Source: Octopus vulgaris
Lineage: Eukaryota
Assembly (NCBI GenBank): GCA_951406725.2
Contig: OX597827.1
Location: 27,218,001-27,282,000, forward strand
Reading direction: 5' to 3'
Length of the DNA: 64,000 nt
The position numbers were made by a program, and so were the translations under genes. A model generated the notes under the pieces. The model was not told where the DNA came from. It saw only the letters and a program-made list of their open reading frames with translations, and did no database searches. Positions 42,745-59,596 of the stretch are shown piece after piece (position 1 is the stretch's first letter; the number at the start of each line of letters is the position of its first letter).

Positions 42745-43128
42745 TTATTCTTTTACTTGTTTCAGTCATTTGACTGCGGCCATGCTGGAGCATCACCTTT
42801 AGTCGAACAAATCAACTCCCCAGGACTTATTCTTTGTAAGCCTAGCATTTATTCAATCGTCTCTTTTTGCCGAACCATCGCCTGACAACATAGATTGTCA
42901 GGCGATGGTGAGGGGACAAACACACACACACAGACACACACACACACACAAACACACACACATATCTACGACGGGCTTCTTTCAGTTTCCGTCTAGCAAA
43001 AAATGACACAACGCTTTGTTCGACTCGAGGCTATAGTAGAAGGCACTCGCCAAAGGTGCCACGCAGTGGCACTGAACCTGGAACCATGTGGTTGGGAAGC
43101 AAGCTTCTTAACACAGCCACACCTGCGA
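42745..43128 (-). mobile_element. SINE family A
   Basis: Reverse complement has head, core and tail. Confidence 0.88.
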
Positions 43129-44283
43129 ATTTTGTAAACCAATTTCCATGAACAAAACTAGTGTTTAATACGAATTTAGAGTCAAATACATTTTTGGATA
43201 TAGAGAATATATAAACATACCTTCAGTAATAGTTTCATGTCTGTTTAACTCTTCGGACGATGTAGCACCAACGAACTTTTAAAGCAGAATCTCTATAAAT
43301 CGAAAATAGTTTGGCGAACTTATAGTATTTGTCAGACTCTTTGATTCTGCGGTATTACAAGGAACATATGTAACCTATATAATACCTTTATAAACAGAAA
43401 TAATTTAGCTGTTTTTCTGTAGATTGAAAAATATGGTGAACAACCTTATTCGATTCTTGAGCCTTATTGAATTGACATCAGTGTCAGTTACATCATTCTG
43501 AGCGATTCTAGAGAAACAAGCAGCCAATCTGCTTACATGTTTAACAATTGCATTAGCCACAGAAAGCTGGAGCTGCCAGTTTGCATACTGCAAATGTTAA
43601 AACATTATTTTAAATATGAGGGCCCGGTCAACAAGGTCCTCAGTCCACACAATATCGAAGTATATTATACATGTAACCTATATCGTAGTTTCTATATAAA
43701 TAGGATTAAACCACCCAGTAGAAATGGATTTTCAAGTACTTCGCTGACGAGCTTTAATAAGAGTGAAATATTTAAGGTATTGTGACTGTTGATAAAGATC
43801 AAACTCACTCCCACCCCATTGCATTCCGAATTATGAGTTAATACTAATAATAAATCCCGCTTATCCGTAAGGATTAAATTTTATTTCTTATATATATTCT
43901 GTTCGCCAAACTTGGAGTCTGCACTTCGGAAATACTATAGAAAATACCTTTATGAAATAACCCCGAGCGGATATCTTCACTTAGCTGGGTTGCGTTGTCT
44001 ACATACACATGGCAGGAATTTTGGATACAAACACCACTTCGTGGAGTGTTGATATTCAATATTCATATAATATTGTTGGGGTGTGCGGACTATATCGAAT
44101 TAGCAAGGTGCATCAAATTAGGTACCTAATTCAACTGAATCTTAATTATGCAGGCGTGGCTGTGTGGTAAGTAGCTTGCTTACCAGCCACATGATTCCGG
44201 GCAAGTGCTTTCTACTATAGCCACGGCTGACCAAAGCTTTGTGAGTGGATTTGGTAGACGGAAGCTAAAGAAAGCTCATCGTG

Positions 44284-44340
<57 letters not shown>

Positions 44341-44482
44341 GTGTGTGTGTGCAGAGAGCGAGAGAGAGATACATTACACACATACATATATATTAGATAC
44401 GGTTTTACGATTTACTGATCACGTGCACACACACACACACACACACACACAGACAGACAGACAAACAGGCAGACAGACAGAC

Positions 44483-44569
<87 letters not shown>

Positions 44570-44625
44570 AACCTTTCAATGTGGTATTCCAGCATGGCCG
44601 TAATTCGATGACTGAAACTAGTAAA

Positions 44626-44656
<31 letters not shown>

Positions 44657-45259
44657 TGTATGTGTGCATGCCAATGCTTGTAGATATCTTCTATCAGCTT
44701 TCCAAATTCCTCGTGACTTTTGCTTTTCTTTAGAGTGAAACTCGGACTATCCCCAGGTTTCAAGTCTGTGATTCTATTCTCTAATACACGTATTGAGTAT
44801 TTGTATCCACCCAACTCTACTCTTCAATAAATATACTATGGATTGGATACACAAGCCTTTGCAATGTGTTATTCATTCACATTTTTCATTAGTTTGGAAT
44901 TTGCAGTTGTCTCCCTTCTTCTCCTTGAAAACAATTGCCATTAACACTAATAATGTTTTGTCTTTCATTGTGGTTGCAGTTTAAGTCTTTTGAATCTACT
45001 CGCAGCAAAAGATTGCGATAGCCTTCGCCACGTTAGAGACGCACGTGCCCGTGAACACTCACACATACACACATTCATTCAAATAGATGCGAGTGTACAG
45101 AGTACCCAAAAGTTCAAGGCAAAACATGAAATGTTTCGGCGGTAAAAAAGAGCACATAAAACTCGAAGTAACTATTTGTGAATTTTCTTCAGCTTCCAGT
45201 ATTCCTATAAAATATTTAAACACACACACATACACACATACACACACACAAACAACCTA

Positions 45260-45427
45260 CGTGTGGCTGTGTGCTGAGAACCTTGCTTCTGAACCACATG
45301 GTTCCGGGTTCAGTCCTACTGCGTGGTACATTGGGTAAGTGTCATCTACTCAAGCCTCGGACCGACCAAAGCCTCGTGAGTGGATTTGGTAGATAGAAAC
45401 TGAAAGAAGCCCGTCATGTATATATAT

Positions 45428-45485
<58 letters not shown>

Positions 45486-45612
45486 GTGTCTGTGTTTGTC
45501 CCCCACCAAGAACTTACAAACAATAAGTTCTGGGGTCGATTGGTTCGACTAAAGACGGTGCTACAGCATGGCCGCAGCCAAATGACTGAAACCAGTAAAA
45601 GAATAAAAGAAT
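45260..45612 (+). mobile_element. SINE family A with internal deletion
   Basis: Head, core, (TA)n, shortened tail. Another split copy is at 44150-44625. Confidence 0.85.
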
Positions 45613-45659
45613 ATATATATATAATTATGTATATATATGTACATATATATATATAATTA

Positions 45660-45695
<36 letters not shown>

Positions 45696-45891
45696 TGTAT
45701 GTATGTATATTATATGTATGTATTTCCTTTTCTCTGTCTGTCTGTTAGTCTTCCTTAATTCTGTCTCGTGTCTCCATTTCCCGTTCATACACTTCGTAAA
45801 TTTTATCGGAACTTCTAATTCCAGCCTAAATTTCACACATTCACTTTTCGTTCTCCGCTTCACCTTTCCCTCACTCATTTTATATGTTACA

Positions 45892-45930
<39 letters not shown>

Positions 45931-46109
45931 TTGTCTCCTTTATATCTCTTACTCTCTCTCTCTAATTCATTCAGATTTCTTTCCTTTACATCCGTTACAT
46001 TGCAGTTAGAGGGGACAGATATAGCAACCGAAGCAGACACACACGCACACACATACACACATATATATGTATATATGTACTCCTTATACATGCAGACGTA
46101 TAAATACAA

Positions 46110-46140
<31 letters not shown>

Positions 46141-46255
46141 CACAGTCATACAGCACACGACAGCTAGATATTTAAACAGCTTCACCATTTAAAAACACAG
46201 ACTCTTGATTCAAACACGCACTTTTACATATTTTTAAAAAAGAAACACAACTTAC

Positions 46256-46358
46256 GCGCACACACAGACACAAGACTCTGAACCGGAGAGAAAGACACAC
46301 AGACACACTAACGTTTATAGCACCAAAACACGCACTAACACACACACACACACACATC

Positions 46359-46403
<45 letters not shown>

Positions 46404-48490
46404 TCACACGCACAGACACACTTACAAACTCTCACACACACACAAATATATATATACTTATACGGACACAGAAACACATACACATATGTATATGCATAAC
46501 ATAATATACACACGTTGATCTGCTATATAGCGTATATAATACACACACATCCATAGGATCCTCGTTGAAGACACATACACGCATATACACATGCATACAC
46601 ACACGCACGCGTACACATACACACACGCATATATATATAAGCATTTGTAGATATATTCATTCAGGTATATATACATACATACATATATACGCAGTTATAT
46701 ATCTATAGATACACGTATAGATAAATATATATATATGTACATATATACACGTATAGCACAAGCTAAGCCAAGTCGGCGAGCAAGCAGAGAAAATGTGAAG
46801 GGGGAAGAGTTAGAGTAAGAGGCGGAGGAGGAGGAGGACAAGGGTTAGCAGGAAAATCAGGGAGGCGAACCACCTTCCTCCCAGCTGTTCCCTGAATATA
46901 TATAGTGTTGCTGCTGTCGCTGCTGCTGCTGCTGTTGCCCGTGCTGCTGCTGCTATTGCTGCTGCTGCTGCTGCTGTTGTTACTATTACAGTGCCGATGA
47001 TGGTGGTGGCTGCTGCTACGGTAGAGGCAGAAGAGGAGGTGGTGTTCGCGCGCGAGTTGGTTGGTTGGTGCAAGGAAATGCTGTTAATACAGGCTTCTGT
47101 ATTTCCATAGTCAGACTGTCTCTATTTCTCTCTATTATAACACACACACACACACGCACACATATATATAAATATATATACATACTTACAGCCTACCTCT
47201 CTCTGTAAATATATTTCAAACACTCACATACTCACTGTCTGTCCCCCTATCTATCTATCTATCTCTTAAAACACGCACAATCTCTGACTCTTTCTCTCTC
47301 AATCTCTCCAACACTCAAGCATACACTCGCACACGCGCATCCTTCAACGCACACACGCACGTCTCTCTCTCTTCTCTCTTCTCATACACGCGCTGTCCTT
47401 CTTTCTCTCTATCTTTCTCTTCTTCCGGTTTCTCAACCCCATAAACTGTCTCTATCGCATCTCTCCTCCCCATCATTTTCTAAAATCACACACGTACACT
47501 TTCTCTATCTGCTTTTCCCTCACTCTTTCTCTCTCTCTCTCACTATATCTGTCTATCCTTTCCTCTCAAACACTCGCACCTCACTGTCTTTCTATTTCTC
47601 TCCTCCCACTCTTTCCCTCAAACACACGCGCGCGCACTTGCTTCCTATATCTTTCCTCCCACCCTCTCTCTCTCTCTTTCTTAACTACACGCGCGCACTT
47701 GTTTCCTAATTCTTTTTCTCGTTCTTTCTCTTTCCTTCTTTCTTTCAAACCTTCACACACGTACTTACTTTTCTCTCTGTCACACACTCTGTCCTTTCGT
47801 TCTCCATCTCTGTTTCCCTCTCTCTCTTTGCCCCTTTTTATCCACCGACCAGCCAACCAGCCTACAGACCGACAACCGACCAGCCTTTGCTACCAACGGA
47901 CCAGCCAGCCAACCAACCACTCGGCCGCCTCTTCTTCAGACATGTGTTGTTGTTGGTGGACGTAGGATGTAAAAACAACAACAACAGCAGCAACAACAAC
48001 AACAACCACCCACAAATCCGACCGTCCGCGCGCGCGTGTGGCTTTTGTTATGTGTGTGTGAATGTGTGCGTGTGTGCGTGCCGTATGTGTGTATGTATGT
48101 ATGTATGTTTATAAGTGAATGCGTTGTCAACCGCAATCCGACCAACCTAACATACGTGCATACACATACATAAACACGTACATGCATACACACAAACGTA
48201 CATGCGATATATACACACACGCACATGCACATATAATACACGGCCGCGCGCACCAAGGTATATATACAGAAATATATAATATATATACTCATGGATAGAC
48301 GTACAGACAGACAGAGAGAAAAAGAGAAAGAAGTAAAGACGCAATCTTCAAACCAGAGGATACATACAATATAATATATATCTATATACATATATATACC
48401 TACATATATTCTCATATATACACATATATATACACGGAGAACTTTACGGACGAGACGGTTTTACAATTGGAGTGCTTCAAAAATTTTCTG
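46256..48490. promoter_or_regulatory. Possible divergent promoter and 5' UTR exons
   Basis: SINE-free region with GC/CpG-richer segments (46770-47075, 47845-48040) around a CT-rich spacer. Outward donors: GTAAGT (minus, 46255) and G|GTAAAT (plus, 48491). Confidence 0.3.
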
Positions 48491-48553
48491 GTAAATGATT
48501 TTTAAAACCATTTTTGTACAAAACAAACGAATCACTTGGATTATTATTATTAC

Positions 48554-48624
<71 letters not shown>

Positions 48625-49174
48625 CTTTTGTTGTTTTGTGCTTAAGGACCATCGCTGATACTCGTGTATGTTTTTTGTGTGTATCTATATGTATATATAT
48701 ATTTGTTCATGTATATATGTATATATATATATATACCGCAAACACTAGCGTAACTGTTTATGTGTGTCTGTATATAAATATATGTATGTATACAGATGTG
48801 TGTACATATATATATATATATATACAGATGTGTGTGTGTGTGTATTTACACGAACTTCGAAGGATGGCGATATATGTATATATTTATACATACTTACACG
48901 CGCATTTCTGTATAATTTTAGGTATATACGTTCGTTTATTTTATACGTCTATGTAGATACACATATTTAGACATACGTATATTATACACACACTCGAACA
49001 CACACACACACACACACACATACATTCGATACACGCGCAGATATACACGCATACATTTATGTATAAATTTTATTCTTAAATTTTTGTGTACACAACTATC
49101 CATCCATCCATCCATATATATATATAGATAGATATAGAAATAGATATAGATATTTACATATATGTAGGTATATA

Positions 49175-49233
<59 letters not shown>

Positions 49234-49539
49234 GCTCGCTCCTCGTCTTTTATCAACCATCTAACCCCACTCTATATGTTTTTCGTTAGAGTACCTGTAA
49301 TCTACTGGAAATTTCATTCGATCGAATTTTATATCTTTGCTAACCATTCGCTCACATTAAACTACACTAAAAAATGTAGCGTTAAAACCTTAACCAAACA
49401 TCGTAATTCTTTGCGGTTTATTTTTCGACTCGTGTTCAAATCTAGACCAAATCGTTTCATTTTCTTGGGGCTCTTTAAAATGAACTAATGCCGTTTTTTA
49501 AGTCTACTACCCTCACCCAACTTATGATCCCAGATTTTT

Positions 49540-50060
49540 GTGATCCCTGCTTTGTCTTTCATCCTTCTAGGGAACTCTGTTGATAGATGAAATACAAGTG
49601 AAATACTAGGGTCGATTTAATCGACTAACCCCTACCTTAAAAATCCTTATCGTTGTGCCTTAAATTGAAAATCGGTGTTGGTGAGGTGGCAAAGTTGTTA
49701 AGAGCATCAGACAAATTGCTCAGCGGTTTTTCTTCCGACGCTTTACGTTCCGAGTTCCAATTCCACCGAGGTCAACTTTCCTTTTTATCTTTTCGGGGTC
49801 GATAAAATAAAGTAGCGCTCAAGTGCTGGGGTCGTTGTCATTGCTCAACCTTGTAATCGCTGGCCTTGTGCCGAAATTTGGAAGAATTATTGTGGACCTT
49901 GTGGCGTATTTATTGCATGTGGCGAAATAAGAAATTTACTGTATCAGTAATACATCAGGGTGGTTTGGATCGACTATGTACCCATCCCTACTCCTCGTGA
50001 AACATTCCCCCACCTCTTCGAGAAATTGGCTTTTCACCTTAGGTAAAATATCTTGAGGGC

Positions 50061-50094
<34 letters not shown>

Positions 50095-51255
50095 GTTATT
50101 TGCGTTCTGAGATCGATTAAATAAATACCAATCAATAACTGATGTCGAGTTCATCAATATCTCCCCTCCACACCAAATCTATGGTGTTGTGCTTATGTTA
50201 GAATTTATTACGTATGGACAACAACGTTCTGAGTTCAAATTTCACCTACGTTCAAGCTTTGTCTTTCTTTCTACCCAAGTCGATATAATAAAATACCAAT
50301 GATCTACTGGGGTCGATACGACCGATCAATCACATTCCTCCGAAATTATGGTCTTCTATCTATGTTAGAAACTATCGTTATCTACGACTCTACGTTAGGA
50401 GTTCAAATCCCGCCGGGTCAGTTCTTACTTCCCATCTCGTTGGGATCGATAAATTAATGTACCAGTCATGTACCGGGGTCGATATGATCGATTGTTCTAA
50501 CCACAAATTTCTGGCCGTGTGCCTAACTCGACAGCGATTATGATTTTTATTCACGATGCCTCGCCGTTGTGAGTTCGAATCCTGTTGAGGTCTAATTTAA
50601 GCTGTTCTTACCTGTGGGGTCAATATATAAGATGTTTAGCCTTGTTTCATTGTCGGATATAACAAATGACGACTATTTATCATTCTCCCAAAATCGATAG
50701 CATAAGTTACCAAGTTAACATTATTAGGGGGGCGGGTTTCAATTCCAAGCTAGTACCTTCGACATGTCCCCTGTGGTAGCCTAAACAGTTTCTATCTTTT
50801 TACCTAAGTTCGAAAGAAACTATAATTATCAATATAACGAACATGTTTCTGTTTTTCCTTCTTTTCTTCTCCTCCTTTCCATCATCATCATCATCATAAT
50901 CAACAACAACTACAACAACGTCATCGTCCTTAGAAAATCGGGGTGGGGGAACTTATTTCTTATGACACTTTACAATCTGAGTTCGAATTCCGCTGGGAGT
51001 CGGCTTTACCTTTCGTTCTATCGTGGTCGATGAAATAAAGAACCAGTCAAGTACTGGAGTGGATATAATCATCTAGCCCCCCCCCCAAATAAAATTCAGG
51101 CCTTGTGCTTATAGAAGAAACGATTATTTATTATCATTATTAATAGTATTATCATTACTATCATTATTAATAGTATTATCATTACTATCATTATTAATAG
51201 TATTATCATTACTATCATTATTAATAGTATTATCATTACTATCATTATTAATAGT

Positions 51256-51290
<35 letters not shown>

Positions 51291-51328
51291 CATTATTATT
51301 ATTATTATTATTATTGTTATTGTTATTA

Positions 51329-51374
<46 letters not shown>

Positions 51375-51815
51375 CATGCAAAGGTGGGCAGCTGGCAGAA
51401 TCGTTAACGCGTCGGAAAAATTGCTTAGCGGCATTTCATCCGTCTTTCTGTTCTGAGTTCAAATTCCGCCGAGGTCGACTTTGCCTTTCATCCTTTTGGA
51501 GGATGGGGATCGATGAAGTAAGTACCAGTTGAACACTAGGGTCGATGTAATCGACTTACCCTCCTCCCCCGGAATTGCTGGTCTTGTGCTAAAATTTGAA
51601 ATTATTGTTATTAGTGGCGGTAGCACGCCTGACAAGTTGCTCAGCAGCATTTCGCCCGTCCTTGCGTTCTGAGTTCAAATTTCACCGAAGTCGACTTTGT
51701 CTTTCATCCTTTCGGGGTCGATAAAATAAGTAACAGTTGAGAACCAGGGTGGATGTAATCGACTTATCTTCTACCCTGAAATTGCTGGCCTTGTGCCAAT
51801 ATTTGAAACCGTTAT
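49540..51815 (+). mobile_element. Head-to-tail array of about 9-10 SINE family B copies of differing decay
   Basis: Repeated GAGTTC.AAT..C, TTTCATCC...GTCGATAAAATAAGTACCAG, GGGGTCGAT and GGCCTTGTGCC modules, all on the plus strand. Confidence 0.85.
51134..51270. repeat. 27-bp minisatellite (about 5 units) grading into (ATT)n
   Basis: Unit TCATTATTAATAGTATTATCATTACTA. Confidence 0.9.
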
Positions 51816-52062
51816 TATCATTTTTATTGTTATTAACGTAATTAAGTCATTTTCTTAATTTTAAATAATTCCACCAGTTAATGCTTCAAAGAAAGACCCA
51901 AGCACTGGATTAACCACCCGAAGCCCTTCCTCTTAATACAGTATAGGCTTTAATTCACTACTAACCCTCAAGATTAACGACTAGGCCTATTATCAAGTTA
52001 TAAAGTTTTGAGAGAATCCTCTTAAAATCAATTTAAATCTAGACCCCAGAATCGACTGTGCG

Positions 52063-52105
<43 letters not shown>

Positions 52106-52110
52106 GTCTG

Positions 52111-52223
<113 letters not shown>

Positions 52224-52253
52224 GTCTATCTATATTATCTGTCTATCTGTCTG

Positions 52254-52284
<31 letters not shown>

Positions 52285-52754
52285 GTCTATCTCTATCTGT
52301 CTGTCTCTACCTATCTGTCTCTCTACCTATCTGTCTAGCTATCTATCGATCTAACCATCTATCTGTGTGTGTGCGTGCGTGCGTGCGTGTGGCTGCGTGC
52401 GTAAATACAAGTATATTTGAATAGATTTTGAGGTGTTTTTAACCTGAAAGATTGTGAAATAATGAAAGTGAGCTGTATTAAAAATTGAATTAAGCTCAAG
52501 GGTTAATTGATATAAATTAGTTGAACGTTAATAAAGCTCTGTTCAAGATTAATTAACGTAACATGTTTTGATGCTGGCTTTACTCTTCTATTTAATATTT
52601 TTATACACTTTGTCTCCTCGAATGCTGTCTTACACTGGTTTTTATCTAAACGTTGTCAGTCTTGGTGTATAGCGAAATAGGGTCTGTGTACGTGTGCGCG
52701 CACGTGTATGATGATCACACGGGGACATACACACTCCTCACTCGTAGATATTGA

Positions 52755-52838
<84 letters not shown>

Positions 52839-52947
52839 CATCTATCTACACACAATTTGCTTCTATGTAATGGGCGTCTATGTATGTCTAAATGTTTGAA
52901 TGTAAGTATGTATATCATTATTTAGTTACATTGTATGTATGTATGAA

Positions 52948-53074
<127 letters not shown>

Positions 53075-53841
53075 AAAAGAATATATACATACACGCATAC
53101 ACTGAGGAAAAATAATGATGTAAACGAGTCTGCATGTAGTGTGTATGTGTGCGCGCGCATGCTGAAGTTGATATTTAACCCAAGGACTACTTAGATCCAT
53201 CTGACCCTTTGACCAAAAATGTTCCAGCGTTGAACCTAACCACTTTTGTTTTAATGGGAGCTCTCCATTTCACACACGCACACACGCGCGCGTACACACA
53301 CACACACACAGAGTGTGTGTGTATAATTTGTAATTATCCATGTAATGAGCGCATGTGTATATATCGAGGACACACGCACGAGAAGACAATGGATAGTATG
53401 GCCAACGTCCATAACCTGGAAAAAGGTGTGTATGTGTGTGGTTGTTGTTGGTTGATTATGACCCCAGATGAACCCTGGTGTGCGGAAACCCCTTAATCAT
53501 CAGACAATACATTGTTCCCATATATGTTTCTACTCTTACAAGGGTCGGGTGTGAGTTAAGAAGCTTAGCTGCTATTTCTAGCGCGTTAACCAGCCTCTGC
53601 AGAGATGCTTGAATTGCAGTTTGTGTGTGTGTATATGTGTGTGTGTGTGTGCTTGGTGTAATATGGAATACATGAATATATTGAGTATACATGCGTACAT
53701 TCGTACTTCTGTGCTTGTATGATGTAAGTCGCTGTGTTTTTGCATATTTTCTATACATATATGCATACATGCCTGCATGAATGTATGTATGCATGTATGT
53801 ATAGATACATGTTAAACCACGATCTACTGGATCTTATTGTA

Positions 53842-53897
<56 letters not shown>

Positions 53898-54013
53898 TGT
53901 GTGTGTAGGTAGGTAAGCATGTATGCGTATATCTCTTTGTGAGTGTGTTTCAAGAACTTTGTGTTCTAAAGGCCAATTTTGAAAGAGATAGACACAGACA
54001 CACAGACAGGAAA

Positions 54014-54164
<151 letters not shown>

Positions 54165-54410
54165 AATAGATAGGTTCATGAGAGGGGGAGTGAGAGTTCT
54201 TTGCGAAGTGAGTTGGTAGCGCGTTTATTTGTTCAAGTCCCGTCGGTATTTATATTTTCTTACTAGAAATAAATGGTCTTCTCATTAATGTATTATCACC
54301 TGTGTTATATATATATTACCCAGGTAATATGCTACAGTGTGTATAACAAAACGCCTATTTCGATAAACGGTTGATCTTAACACTAAGGATATCGCAAAGC
54401 TTTATATATA

Positions 54411-54459
<49 letters not shown>

Positions 54460-54531
54460 AAATGTGCATCACTCTTTAGAGAAGACTGCATGTCGATATA
54501 ATACCTTAACTTGTGTGTGTGTGTATGTGTG

Positions 54532-54581
<50 letters not shown>

Positions 54582-54690
54582 TACACAACTCTCATATCTG
54601 CTGTATACACGTATATATGTATAACATTCGCATACATGCACACATAATTGTACGTGTATGTATGTATGTATATTTATATATATTTGTATG

Positions 54691-54748
<58 letters not shown>

Positions 54749-54782
54749 TATGCATGTATGTATGTATGTATATATATATATG

Positions 54783-54821
<39 letters not shown>

Positions 54822-54836
54822 ATATATATATATGTA

Positions 54837-54974
<138 letters not shown>

Positions 54975-55394
54975 ATATGTATGTATGTATGTATATATAT
55001 ATATACACATTTTATGTTGTTGTAAACTAATAATTACATCCGAAATGGAACAGACGCACGCTCGCTCATTGTAGCCATTTATTGATTTCGCGCATTGGAC
55101 TGCGGTCATTCTGGAGCATCACATAAAAGAATTCTAACCTGTCATACCCAACCCCCTTTTATACATACATATATAAACGTACATACCACATACATACGCA
55201 TTTATCGACACAAAGCCATATAAACACCTACATACAGTACGCTACGGTTTCCTCACAGTTTCCGCATATACGATTAAGATGGAAGTCAGTTGGCCAAAGT
55301 GCCGCGCAGTGAGATAGAAACTGGAACGTCAAAACTGCGACGCTAAGATTCGTATCCTCAATTTCTATATATATTCTCAGGTGCGTGCGTGCAT

Positions 55395-56685
<1,291 letters not shown>

Positions 56686-57414
56686 TTTTAAAAATGTATG
56701 GTTACTTCATAAGTCTATATAAGTCTATATAAGTCTATATATATATATAGTCTTATGTGCATATATACATACGTATGTGTAGCCCGTATATGCTTGCATG
56801 TATATATGTATATTAAGCATAAACTGAAATCCTCCCCCATTACTTTCTGTCCTTAATGCAAGTTTGCTTAGAAAATTAGACGAACAAGGATGAAAGGAAA
56901 AACCGCATTCATTACAACATATCGAACTCAATTTCCTCATTTGCTCCTCTATATCTCTTATTGATTATCATCCTCACCCTCTGTCTCTTGCTTTCATCTA
57001 TCGATCTATTGATCAATGACACAAACACAAACTACCTATCTATCACAGCAAATTACAGTTATATATACATATTAAGTCCCATTTTTAAGAGACGTTAACG
57101 CAAGATCCACACCAGCCTTCGTTCGGTTGTCATTTCGTAACGCGTTGATTTGTACAAGCTGCAAAGTGCGCGCGCACATGCGGGTGTGTATGTGTGTGCG
57201 TGTATTTTTTTTGCGTGTGTGTGTGCGTGCGTATGTGTGTGTGGTGTGTTTCTGAGTAACAATAGGTATCGATCTTTTTCCTGTATGGCTCTACACTCCG
57301 TGAATGGTTTTGGTTGATATATTATGTCGATATATGTGTGTCTGTGTGTGTTTGAATATCTTCGTTTCTCTATATGTATCTATGTCCACATTCGCATAAA
57401 CATACATACAGGCT

Positions 57415-57471
<57 letters not shown>

Positions 57472-57779
57472 GTACAATACGTATTTATACATTACATACA
57501 CGAGTGCGTATATATATATACATGTTTATACATATAGTCTTAAACATGTAGGTATATGTATTGCTTATCGTGTGTGCATTCAAATATGTGTTTATGTATA
57601 TATGTGTATAGACATCATTGATATATTAGACGAATGTATATAAATATATATACACAAAATTAAAATGTATAATATATACATACACACCACACTGTGATAC
57701 TCTATATTTAACATGAGGATATGTGGATATATATATATCCATATTTAGATATCAAGTATGTGTATATATGCATGTTATG

Positions 57780-57859
<80 letters not shown>

Positions 57860-58204
57860 ATATATATATATATATATACATGTATATATATATATACATG
57901 TATATATATATATATATACATGTATATATATATATATGTATATATATATATGCATATATATATATATTTTGGTATATGTTTGTTGTGTCTGTATTTATGT
58001 ATTTACATATTTACAGGTATACTTATGGTTATATACACATGCACACACACACACATATATATATAGTTGTGTATGTATATATATGTGTGTGTGTATGCAT
58101 ATATATATATACAAGTATATGCATATATTTATGTTATGTAGAGATATGTATGTATATATATATATATATATATAAATATATATATGTGTGTGTGTATATA
58201 TATG

Positions 58205-58262
<58 letters not shown>

Positions 58263-58614
58263 CATATATGTATGTCTATATATGTATATATATGTGTGTT
58301 TATATATATATATATATACACACACATATATTGCTATTTATTTATACACTATACACACACGCACACTTGCGCATGCACCATTTTTACTCATACAATTTGC
58401 TTTTTGTATATAACGTAAATACCAAAATCAAGAAGTGTAGCTTATAGAGAGAGGGCCAAGAATATTTGCCATAAGATTCGTTCCAAATTAGTCGTCCAAA
58501 ATTGTGGGATGCACCTTATACCCGAATACCCGAGTTCATACTGTGTCTGTATGTGCGTGTTTCTATGTGTCCATATGTGTGTGCTTGTGTGTCTGTTGTA
58601 TATTTGTGTGTATG

Positions 58615-58743
<129 letters not shown>

Positions 58744-59214
58744 GTGACAGTGAGAGAGAGAGGTAGGCAGAAAGTCTGAAAAAAGGTTTTGTCTGAGAAT
58801 ACACTGACAATCAGTTTTTATCAATCATTTTTTTTTTGTCGGAGTAAGAAACTTATTCGTCCGTCCTTTCGTTCCCTTTGTCTTTCTCTCTTTTATGCGT
58901 TAACTTTTGTTTTGTAGAGTGTAAATTAAGCGCTATTTGCACCTTTGTGTTATGTTGGTTTTAACCTGAATCTGCCTAGATTTTTACCTGTACTGCAGAC
59001 ATGTATCTCGATAAACGATGCTTTAAAAACCAATCATATAAACTAGCCTTCCACTGACTGGTTTCGATTCTCAGTTAAACCCATTTTTAATTCTCAAGCT
59101 GTATCTCTTACGTCCTTGATCTCAGGAAAGGCATGATTGTCTCCGATTTCTTGTTTCTTTCATTTTCTATACTAAATAGTCCTTTTCTTTTTGTCATTCT
59201 TTTGTTATATATAA

Positions 59215-59465
59215 CTGGTATTCCGTCGGTTACGACGGCAAGTGTTCCGGTTGATCCGATCAATGGAACAGCCACACATACTCTTAAGATAGTTCTCAGG
59301 TGTGAAAAGCTTGGCCCTTTGAATAACAGATACTACTTATTTTTGCCTGCCAGGTAGACTGGAGCAATTTGAAGTAAAAATGTCTTGTTCAGGGACACAA
59401 TGTGCCACTGGGTGTCAAACTCACAGCCATATAATCTTCAGTCAAACACCCTAACCGCTTAGCTA
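59215..59465 (-). mobile_element. SINE family C, decayed
   Basis: TTCCGTCGGTTACGACG...GATCCGATCAA tail, and a head ending CCCTAACCGCTTAGC on the plus strand. Confidence 0.75.
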
Positions 59466-59596
59466 CATATGTTTGGACACAACAACTTCCTAAGCAGACC
59501 GAGTGTAGATATGAGCAGCATATGGGAACCAGTATTAAGGAAGGATAGGAAAATATTAGATTTATAAGCTCTAAAATTCACTCCATAATTGCTCAT

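Noticed and set aside
51134-51270. Regularly spaced repeat as a CRISPR-like array
   Set aside because: It is a pure tandem minisatellite with no unique spacers, in a eukaryotic context without cas genes.
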